Positions 50,846 to 61,648 of a stretch of DNA of 64,000 bases are shown here, piece after piece. The stretch is from the NCBI RefSeq assembly GCF_964194155.1, contig NC_135917.1, positions 1,116,001 to 1,180,000 of the forward strand, given 5' to 3'. Origin of the DNA: Cetorhinus maximus. Lineage: Eukaryota. The position numbers were made by a program, and so were the translations under genes. The notes under the pieces are model-generated. The model did not search any database. It was given only the letters and a program-made list of their open reading frames with translations, and was not told the DNA's origin. Within the stretch, counting starts at the first letter, position 1; each line of letters opens with the position of its first letter.

Positions 50846-52864
50846 CTGTAAAAAAAAAAAGAATAAGCCCCATTAGAGGCGCAGTGTGCAGCTTATGAAG
50901 TTTTGGTGCTTAGTTCCAGGGAATAATGTAGATTTGGTTTAATCTGCACTGAATTAAACCAAACAGGATTCAGTACTGACATACTCACTGTATGGTGCAA
51001 AGTAACTTCTAACCTCTGTTACATGAAGGCTAGTTGGCTTTAAGAGGCACCAAAATGCTGATTTGAATGCATTGTAGAAGACCCGACTAAAACGAGCGAC
51101 AGTCATAAATTCAGAGACACTTACTGATCAGGGAGAAAGAAACAGGGAACAATAAGGTAGGAGCTGCAATGCAAGTGAACACTAGTGTCCAGCATTAAAG
51201 CAGCATGTTCTTTGTTACATGTTTGATGTCAGCAATTATTTGCAATGTTTTTGATAAAGCACAATGTGCAATCGAAAGGACAGCTGAATGTTCCATTATA
51301 TGGGACATGATTTTTCTCTTTAAATAAAAAGTATTGTCCCAACGTTTTACCCTTAAAACTAAAAATATTTAGTTTAGTTCATTACCAAGTGAACAACGCT
51401 CTGAATTTTTATTATCCTGAGTAAATACCCTGATCAGTATGACAGTAAATATCTTTCCTTGTACCATGCAACATTATGGCAGCAATGTCAGCCAGCTGAT
51501 TACAAAGCAGATGTGTTTCTGAAATAGAACAAATGTAAAACAGCAGCCTGATGAAAGAGAAGGAATGTTCAGAGTATATTGAAAGGTGAAATTAAATACT
51601 CTATTTCTATTTGTGTATTTTATCTCTGAATGCATTTGTACTACTTAAAACTTTTAACAGAATTTTAAAATCAATGAATCTTCAGAAACAAAATTACATT
51701 GCCCTCACCCTTCAACAAACTTTGGCACAAGCCTTGAAAATTTGTTTAAGAATATAACTCATCCTGGTTTCAAGTGCCACAAGTTCCAGGAACTATTTGG
51801 GGTCCTCACATATAGAAAATATTGCTCATCGCCAAAGGATCTAGTGGACGCACAGTCGTGTGTCTCACTGCATTGCAACAGCACAAAAGTCCTGTAACTC
51901 TCATTCACATAAAGCAGTAGCACCATCTAGCGATAGGAATTCAATGTTATAATAGAATATTGAACAATCCTGAACAAATCCTTGAACAAAGTGCCTTGGG
52001 GTTAAAAACATTTTAACAATTCTCAAACCACTGAATAACCCACCTATGAAGGTGCAAAATTCTGATTCTGAAAAAGTCCACTGGAGTGATGCAGCAACTA
52101 TTCTATATCATATTATGATTCTTTACAACGATTAATCACTTGTTTAAATACAATACCCTAGGAACATTTTTGAGGCGACGTCAAATTGAACTTATCAAAT
52201 GTTTGTATTGTAACCTTTGAAAAGTAAAGTTAATAAAAAAAAGAGTTGGAGGTTCAGAACTGGAGACAGACCCACCATTTATCCCTGTCTCACTCGATAA
52301 CCATGACAACATTCACCCAAGTGGCTAAAGATATATTCCCATTCTTCATTTTGCTTTCTAGTTGTACAGCCTTCTCGCGAATACTGTCCTAAGTGCTGCA
52401 GAACTCTGGGTAGTCACACAAGAATGAAAAGTGTTACAAGGTTTTTAAACTTGGTGCATCCCAAGAATTTCAGCACATATACTAGCCATTCAGCCCACAG
52501 GAGTTGTGGAACATTGTTTGATAAATACATTGCTTATTCTGCATCTAACTCATCATGTACGTGACCTGGGTACTTAATGTTGACAATGGGTACCTGAAGT
52601 GCGATCCATTCCCCAACACTGAAATCCTTCACCGTAAATGGACATAAAATTTGTGCAAAAAAGTAAAACAAAATTATAAACTATAAAATATGGGGAAATG
52701 TGCTAAAATGTGTCCTGAATCTATAGTTTTAAGGGAAAAAAATCAACACATAACCATTAGCACAACCACCGCATCTTCAAATTAAAGGTATTCCAAAGCT
52801 CGTCACAAATGGAAATAGACAGGGAACTGAGTCATGAGGGGAGCCTTAGGATTTCAACAGCAGT

Positions 52865-53464
52865 GCTTTGGTTTGAAATAACAGAAAATGCTGATCAGGC
52901 AGTATCTGTGGCGAGAAACAGATAATGTTTCAGGTTGATGACCTTTCATCAGAACTGAGGATGAGGAAAGACAGAAATGTAATGGGTTTTGAGCAAAGGG
53001 AAGGGGGAAGGAAGAACAAAAGGGAAGATCTGTGTTAGGGTGAAGGGCAGGAGAGATTAAATGACAAAAGATTTCACTGTACAAAAGTCAAAGGCAGTGG
53101 TAATGAGTATAGTATAGAAACAAGAGATGTATCCAGATGAAGTGTGAATGGCTGTACAGCAGCTGTCCGAATGCAATGTGAAGGAATAAAGAGAGAATCG
53201 AGAAAAAAAATGAATATATGAAACAAGATGGAGGCAAAGGTTATTAATTAAAATTGTTGAATTCAGTCGAGTCCAGAGAGCCATAGAGTGCCGGGTCGAA
53301 AGATGAGGTGCTGTTCTTCAAGCTTGTGTTGAACTTCATTGGAACAGTGTAGCAGGCCAAGGACAGAAAAGTTAGAGTGGAAGCAAGGTGGAGAATTGAA
53401 ATGGCAAGCAACAGGAAGCTCAGGGTCATGCTTGTGGACTGAACGGAGGCTTTGGTTTGAATAG
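52865..53464 (-). mobile_element. Penelope-like insertion in METTL1 intron 2
   Basis: GIY-YIG C-terminal relic, hammerhead-like motif and terminal repeat. Bounded by the direct repeat GCTTTGGTTTGAAATA at 52865-52880 and 53449-53464. Confidence 0.72.
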
Positions 53465-53552
53465 ATTAGTCTGACAAAGATCAGAATATGTTAACATGGA
53501 ATATTTAGAAAATTGGTCACATGCACCCCAGATTGCTCTAAATCTTTCTTAC

Positions 53553-53716
53553 CTAGTAAGCCTCCATATCCACAACCTATATCTGCAAATTCCACCTGAA
53601 ACTTCACTTTCTTTTCAATTAGATCTTTCTCATCATCATGATGGTCATTTTTTGAGCATGGTTTGAAGTATTCAGGGTAGTGCTGGGACCAATCCATTTC
53701 TTCAGGTGTTACTGGG
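53553..53716 (-). CDS. METTL1: METTL1 exon 2
   Basis: 164 nt, AG/GTAAG. PVTPEEMDWSQHYPEYF...VEFADIGCGYGGLL contains the SAM-binding motif. Confidence 0.97.
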
Positions 53717-54974
53717 CTGCAGAAAAATAAGCAGAAGTTACAATCACAATAAACTGTCATCATTAACCTTTGAAGGCTTATAATAACCAACAAGAAAAAA
53801 TAAAAATGCCCTACGGAAACTGGAAATTTGGGTGGCAAGCTGCTGCAATCGTTTTGCGTTTAGGAATTTGAGACGTGATTTAATCAAGTTGTTTAAAATT
53901 AAAAGAATTTGATAGAAAGAAGTGATTTCCTTTGGTGGGGGAATCCAGAACAAGGGAATACAATCTTGAATTCAGAACATTCAGGAGTGAAATCAGGAAG
54001 CACTTTTCAACACATGGGTTAGTGGAAATTTGGAATTTTTGTCCCCAAAAGGCTGTGGATGCTGGAGGTCAACTGGAGCTTTCAAGTCCGAGATCAACAG
54101 ATTTGTATCAGGTCAGGATATCAAGGGATATGGATCAAAGGCAGTTAGATGGAATTGTGCTATGGCTCATTCACAATCTAACTGTATGGTAAAACAGGTT
54201 CAAGGGGCCGAGTGGTGCACTTCTATTCTGATGTAATATGGACAATCAAGAGGGAAGCTGGAGTTGGGATCAGGCACACTTCTGATCTGGAGGAAATCTC
54301 AAGAGTTGTAGGGCTGGAGGAGGTTACTGATATAGGGAAGGGGAGAAGGAGGCCACGGAGGGACTTGAAAACAAGGATGAGAATTTTAAAATTGAGGCAT
54401 TCCTGGACCATTAGAGTTAGATCCCGATCATACCCAATCAAACATCTTGTGAGATGTTTATAAACTCACTGCTAAGCCTTTTTAATATTGAGAAAGTAGA
54501 CACACAAACCTCTGCTCTCATTTCATCGAAAGAAGAGCCACTGGGGATAATGGGAGCTGTGTGTGCATGAGAACTCTGTGGGAAAGTACATTAACATCTC
54601 ATAAGATAATACTGGTCTGGTCTGCTCTGCTACAGGTATTAGTCTCAAGCAGGGACTGCAGTGTGACCTCTGCATTACATACAGTGTAGTCGGACAGTGT
54701 GACCCCAGCATTAGTGTAATCAGACAGTGTGACCTTTCTCGACATGTCCAACACCCCAGCGTGAACCAGGCAATGTGTTCACAGGAGCTCAGATCGGCCA
54801 AATAAATCTTAGGGATATTTAGCGAGTTTTGTTTTAATTTTAGTGTTTAAAGAAAAAAACTTCACAATCCCTGCAATAATAAAACGAGTGCTTTAATTAA
54901 TTGAGCCCCCAAGGGTGAGGGACAACTTTAAAAGTAGGGGGGGGGGGGGGGGAAACCCCCTCCCCCACACTCAC

Positions 54975-55054
54975 TAGTCGAAGACATGATCCGCCATAGG
55001 GTTAGAGTGAGCTCGCTGCCGGTAAAAACGTTTCTGAGGAGCAGATACCGCCAT
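54975..55054 (-). CDS. METTL1: METTL1 exon 1, tRNA m7G46 methyltransferase
   Basis: [26 protein letters not shown](Y) followed by GTGAG. The six exons join in frame (792 nt). Confidence 0.96.
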
Positions 55055-55210
55055 AATCGCCAATTCGCTAATAGGAAAACTCGCATATAAATGAAAATGA
55101 AGGCGCCAGGACCAGCGCACGCTCGCGATCGTCGCATGGAAAAAGCGTCATCATCGAGCGCCCGGATGCTCACGTGAACTTTTTTCTCGCTGTTTAGTCA
55201 GCGCAGATTG
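55055..55210 (-). promoter_or_regulatory. METTL1 CpG-rich promoter / 5'UTR
   Basis: Dense CpG; palindromic E-box TCACGTGA at 55170-55177; CTCGCGA near 55122. Confidence 0.65.
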
Positions 55211-55414
55211 TTACCTCAGGGATTATGAGGAGTTTGTGTAAAACGAAAATTAAATGGGTTATCTCCTAAATTGTTATTATCGAAGAGTAGCCATCACTGA
55301 AAGTCAAGCTTCTTTCAGGTAAAAATTGCAGAAGTCCAAGGAAAATTGTGACAAGACAATTCCGTGCATTAATATAGCGCCTTTTAATGAAAAAACATTT
55401 TTTTTAGTCATTCA

Positions 55415-56170
55415 GAGGAACAGTAGGAGGCCATTCAGCCCCTCCCCCTCCTCGAGCCTGTTACACAGGAACAGGAGGAAGCCATTCAGCCCCTCCTCCT
55501 CGAGCCTGTTACACAGGGACAGGAGGAAGCCATTCAGCACCCCCTCTCCTTCAGCCTGTTACACAGGAACAGGAGGAAGCCATTCAGCCCCTCCTCCCTC
55601 CTCGAGCCTGTTACACAGGAACAGGAGGAGGCCATTCAGCCCCTCCTCCTCGAGACCGTTACACAGGAACAGGCAGAGGCCATTCAGCCCTTCCTCAAGC
55701 CTGTTACACAGGAACAGGAGGAGGCCATTCAGCCTCCCTCCACCTCGAGCCTGTTACCACAGGAACAGGAGGAGGGCATTCAGCCCCCCTCCTTGCGCCT
55801 GTTACACAGGAATAGGAGGAGGCCATTCAGCCCCTCCTCCATGAGCCTGTTACACAGGAACAGGAGGAGGCCATTCAGCTCCCCTCCACCTCGAGCCTGT
55901 TACACAGGAACAGGAGGAGGCCATTCAGCCCCTCCTCTCAGAGCCTGTTACACAGGAACAGGAGGAAGCCATTCAACCCCCCTCCTCGAGCCTGTTACAC
56001 AGGAACAGGAAGAAGCCATTCAGCCCCTCCTCCTCGAGCCTGTTACTCAGGAACAGGAGGAGGCCATTCAGCCCCTCCTCTCAGAGCCTGTTACACAGCA
56101 ACAGGAAGAGGCCATTCAGCCCCTCCTCCTTGAGCCTGTTACACAGGAACAGGAGGAGGCCATTCAGCCA
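55415..56170. repeat. 45-51-bp minisatellite, about 16 copies; resumes at 57253-57410
   Basis: Unit GAGCCTGTTACACAGGAACAGGAGGAGGCCATTCAGCCCCTCCTCCTC with a variable CT tract. Confidence 0.95.
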
Positions 56171-56199
56171 TCTTTCTTTGTGCCAAGTATGACTCCAAA

Positions 56200-57252
56200 C
56201 TCTCTGCTGGTTGGAGTCATAGCTAGGACAAAGGAAGATGGCCGTGGTTGTTAGAGGTCTTTCATCTCAGTTCCAGGAGATCACTGCAGGAGTTCCTCAG
56301 GGTAGTGTTCTAGGCCCAACCATCTTCAGCTGCTTCACCAATGACCTTCCTTCCATCCTAAGGTCAGAAGTGGGGATGTTCACTGATCATTGAACAATGT
56401 TCAGTGCCATTCATGATTCCTCAGATACTGATGCAGTCCATGTCCAAATGCAGCAAGACCTGGACAATATCTAGGCTTGGGCTGACAAGTGGCAAGTAAC
56501 ATTTGTGCTACACAAGTGTCAGGCAATGACCATCTCCAACAAGAGAGAGCCTAACCATTACCCCTTGACATTCAATGGCATTACCATCGTTGAATCCCCA
56601 CTGTCAACACTCTGGGGGTTACTGTTGACTGGAAACTGGCCATATAAATACTGTGGCTATAAGAGCAGGTCAGAGGCTAGGAATCCTGCAGCAAGTAACT
56701 CACCACCTGACTCCCCAAAGCCTGTCCACCATCTACAAGGCACAGGTCAGGAGTGTGATAGAACACTGTCCGCTTGCCTGGATGAGTGCAACTCCAACAA
56801 CCATCAAGAAGCTTGACACCATCCAGGACAAAGCAGACTGCTTGACTGGCACCCCTTCCACAAACATTCACTCCCTCCACCACTGATGAACAGTGACAGC
56901 AATGTGCACCATCTACAAGATGCACAGCAGAAACTCACCAAGGCTCCTTAGGTAGCAACTTCCAAACCCATGACCACTATCATCTAGAAGGACAAGGGCA
57001 GCAGATAAATGGGAACACCACAACCCTCCAAGCCACTCACCACCCTGACTTGGAAATATATCGCTGTTCCTTCACTGTAGCTGGGTCAAAATCCTGGAAC
57101 TCCCTCCTTAACAGCACTATGGGTGTACCTACACCATAGGGACTGCAGCAGTTCAAGAAAGCAGTTCACCACCACCTTCTCAAGGGAAATTATGGATGGT
57201 CAATAAATACTGGCCTAGCCAGCGACGTCTACATCCCATGAATAAAAAAAAA
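56200..57252 (+). mobile_element. 5'-truncated CR1 LINE inserted into the minisatellite
   Basis: Colinear with ~38090-38870 (GVPQGSVLGP region through the 3'UTR). Ends in an A-rich tail. Confidence 0.88.
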
Positions 57253-60200
57253 CCCCCCTTAAGCCAGTTACACAGGATCAGGAGGAGGCCATTCAACCCC
57301 CCCCTCGAGCCTGTTACACAGGGATCCGAGGGAGTCCATTCAGTCCCTCCTTGAGCCTTTTACACGGGGCCGGGCAGAGGCCACTCGGTTGCTCCTCGAG
57401 CCTGTTACACCATTCAACGAGATCGTGGCTGATCTGCAACGGATCGCCATAATTATTGCCAAGAATTATTAGTCACGGATTTAAATTTTACAATTTATTT
57501 AGCCGACAGCAGTAGAGAGTTCTCAACCTCTCCCACCTTATGTACGTAATTTTACTCCTGGAAGGTCTGGCTGTATTTTTTTGACTATGCTTCCTAGTCT
57601 GAGAGTCTTGAACCAGCAAAAATAGTTTCTTCTAGTCTACTGTACCTGTGTACCATCATATCTTGAAAACTTTGATGCAATCGCACCTTAACCTTATAAA
57701 TTTCAGAGAAAACAATCCTAGTTTGTGTAATCTCACCTTGTAATTTAACCGTTGGAGTCCAGGGAGCATTCTGGTAAATCTACACTGCACCTTGGCTAAG
57801 GTCAATATATACTTCCAATGGAACGCAGTCAGACCAAAACAAAATTGCCAAAACACAGGAGGGGGGAACCAAAAGCTGGGTCAAAGAGGAGAGAGAGGTA
57901 GTGAGATGGAGAGGTTTAGGGAGGGAATTAGAGTTTAGAAGCCTCAGCAGCTGCACAGCTGCCAATGGTGGGGCATGGAAGCAGCCTGGGGATGTGCAAA
58001 AGGCCAGAGTTGGAGGAAAGGAGAGCTTGAGGGAAGGAGCTTGTAAATTAGACAAGCTTATAAAAACAGAAAGAGGCAGAGTTCCTTTAAATACTGGGCT
58101 CCTTTTAAATATGAGGCTGAGAATTTGAAATTGGATGCATGTTTGGGGACTGGGAACGAAAGACTGGAGGAATAGGGTATGGGCAACAGAGATTTGGATA
58201 AGCTAAGGTCTTTGAAACTTTGATGTGAGACTGGCTGGGAAAGCATTGGAAGTTAAGAGTTTCAGCAGCAGGGGCAATGGTGGGCATTGTTGTCATCAAT
58301 GGTTTAGTGATAGGAAAGTGGGTGAGAAGCTAAGCCAAAATCACAAGTAATCTGGTTCAGCCAGAGACAGGGATCAGGAATTATTCAACTGACATGGGCT
58401 GAGTCAGTGGGGGGGTGGGGGGGAATTGGTCTTGAATAATTGTGCTACACCTGATTCTCTTTCCCAGTCATTATGACATTCAGAATGCTCTAATGGAAGA
58501 GTTAATGTACTAGAGGGATGTGCTGAATGGCATTAAGTTTTTTTTTATGTTCCTTTTCCATTTGAGCATGCATATTACATTTCAGTCTTTTAATGTGAAC
58601 TGTTGTCTAGTAATTGGATAATGAATCACACAAAACTATGTAAAGGAGTATAGGTCTTGGTGAGAACAATACAATCTTCCCAAAAGATTTTTTATAGTTT
58701 ATCTTTCAAAATTGCCTGGCTAGATTTCCACCTCTTACAGCAATGGGAATTGCTAGTCTCAGTCTTTAACTGGAATAAAGTAAATGGAAGAAACTGATGT
58801 GTTACGGTTGCAGGTTTCAGGTTTGAGCCCCACTCCATGAGATTCACTCTCCAACCTCAAAATTGGTTGGGGGGGATGCTCAGCAACAGACCATCCCCCC
58901 CACCACCCCTAACGCGCAGAGTGGAAAATATTCCATTCGCATTCATCATTAAATTAACTTCATCAACACCAGATATTAAAAAGAAATTAATCGAATTCAC
59001 AATTCAGCAATATACACTTAGGAGGCCTGCGATGTGTGAAATTAGGAAATTACTTTGTTAACTTGACCTCGTTACATGCTTGGCAGCGATTCCCTGTCAA
59101 AAGAGCCATTAGAATTTCAAGTTGGCACTAATTCTCAACCAGAGTGACATTTTGTCATCACATTGTGACCCTGAGTTCCCAACCAGCAGGGAAATATGCC
59201 AGCAATTTGGCATCTAGTTTCACATAACAGCTGTAATGTCTTTTAAAAAAAATACACATCATTTTGACATCTGTCACTGTTATTTGCTAAGCCCAGCAAG
59301 TAAGGCACAAGACAAGAAAAGGCCAAGTTTCTCTAGTCTTTTTAAGTAGGGCATGGTGAGACTAGAGACTAATATAGTCACCCTTCTCTGCACCTCCCAT
59401 CTGTCTCAGTAACCATGCCTGGAGCAGTGCTTGTGGATTATTGAATTGTAATACAGTCTGAAAAAGCTAAGCATATCGAATCGTTAAGCACAGAAAGAGG
59501 CCATTTGGCCCATCATACCCATGCTAGCTCTTTGAAAGAGCTATCCAATTGGTCCCACTTCTCTTTCCCCAAAGCCTTGCAATATCTTTCCTTTTCAAGT
59601 ATATCTCCAGTTCCCTTTAATATTGAATTTGCTGCCACTACCGTTTTAGGCAAAACATTCCAGATCACAACAACTCACTGCATAAAATATCGTCCCCTCT
59701 CTGGCTCTTTTGCCAATTATCTTCATTCTGTGTCCTCCGATTACTGACCCTCTTTGTCTTCACTCCTGTTGGCTATTTTTGCATATTTGCGTAACTCAGT
59801 TGCAGTTTTTTCCTCACTTTTCATACTCATTGTTATTCATTACAAAACCATCTACTCTGTTCAGGCCCTTGTCTAACAATTTAATTTTAAAAAGAAGCCA
59901 GAGAACGAACTGGCACAGTGGATTAGACTCTGCTGTTTCACCTCTGCCACCTCAAATGAAATGCAATCCAGACTGATGCCGTGAAATTTCCATGTGAAAC
60001 AAATCAGGCCGTTTCAATTCAGCACTGCACAAAACTTAAAAGGCCAGAGACTGGTTGCTTTTATACTGGTATAGTTGAGTGGGGAATTGTTCTTCTGAGG
60101 CACATAGTTAAAGCAGAGTAGAGAGTTGCTTCATTCTGCAACTGGCTGTCTTATATTTGACCCTGGCAGTGCTTGATGCTGAATCATAGAATCGTTACAG

Positions 60201-61392
60201 CACAGAAGAATGCCATCCGGCCCATTGTGACTGTGCTGGCTCTCCTAAGGAGCGATTCACATACTGCATTCCCTCACCCTCCTTCCACATTCCTCCTTTT
60301 CAGATACCTGTATTTTGAATTTTTTTTTAAATGTAGAAAAATTCACAGCACAGAAGGAGGCCAGTCTGCCCATCATGTCTGCACTGGTCGAAAAATGAGC
60401 CATCCAGCCTAATCCCATTTTCCAGCACTTGGTCCATAGCACTGGAGGTGCATATCCAGACATCTTTTAAATGAGTTGAGGGTTACTGCCTCTCCTATCC
60501 TTTCAGGCAGTGAGTTCTAGACCCCTACCACCCTCTGGGTGAAAAAGCTTTTCCTTATCTCCCCTCTAATCCTTCTACCAATCACTTTAAATCTATGCCA
60601 CCTAGTCACTGACCTCTCAGCTCAGAGAAATAGGTCTTCCCATCCACTCTATCCAAGCCCCTCACAACCTTGTACACCTCATTCAAATCTCCCCTCAGCC
60701 TCCTCTGAAATGGGAAGAGTTTCATTTCCCAGCACTAATATCCTCACTTGGATGAATACAAAATATTTTTTTAAAATTAGGTAGTTCTAGTGCTGGAGTA
60801 TTGGACTTTTAGATGAATGGGACATAGTGTGAGACACAAAACATGGGGAAGCTCCATCATGAGTGCAGAACCCGTGCCCTCTGGTACCCGATTACCGTTC
60901 AGGCACAATTCAAGCTAATGTACTCAAACATTGGGGGCCTCACAGTTCAGTCCTTGCTTCTGTTGTCACCCAATGTCCACCTATACAGGATTTTCAACAA
61001 CACTCACTGGATATCAATCAAGAAAGAGCATGGTGGCTGATTTATTTCTCCCTTAACTGAGGCCAACTGTAGCACTTGCCCTGTCTGGGATTATCTAACT
61101 TCACATGGACTAGAAATAGTACCTTAAACCTCCTTGTTTGATATGCCTCAGTGCTACATCTGGGGGTCTATGCATTCATTATTCTGGTACATTTTTTGCT
61201 GCTTTTAACTAAAACCATATAACAAAGGTTATGTTAAAAACTTTAATTACAATGTTGAAAAGGCCATCTATTTTCATCTTGAAAATCAACAGCTCCGTAT
61301 CAATCTGCAACTCCAATTCCAAAAATCACTGATCAATTCTGTGGTTATCATAAGATTCCTGCTTCCTGTTGTGACCAGGAGAGTAATTTCAA

Positions 61393-61648
61393 CTAGCAGA
61401 AAGGCTCAATAAACAGCTTTCCGTTCGTTGTTCCATTATATCTGATGGGCAGCTTCTTAAAGAGACAGATCCCGAAATTACTTGGGTCACAATCCTGACT
61501 GGTTATGTCAGGATTGTGCCCTTCATTGCCTTCATCTGTTGACTTTGCCAGAGTTTGCAGGGTCAGTGGGTAGGGGCATCTTATTGGTGTGGTACTTGTG
61601 CTCTCCTGCCCCATTTTAGGGCCCAGAGAAATCCTGGTGTTGTTCTGC
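61393..61648 (-). other. Candidate terminal exon of an unidentified gene or pseudogene
   Basis: Strong acceptor (cccctctcctacAG at 61650-61649) followed by an 84-codon open frame QNNTRISLGPKMGQES...KLFIEPFC*. No family recognised. Confidence 0.35.

Noticed and set aside
55326-56254. Arg/Ser/Pro-rich and EPVTQEQEEAIQP repeat ORFs
   Set aside because: They translate the variable-length minisatellite, and the frame shifts with unit length.
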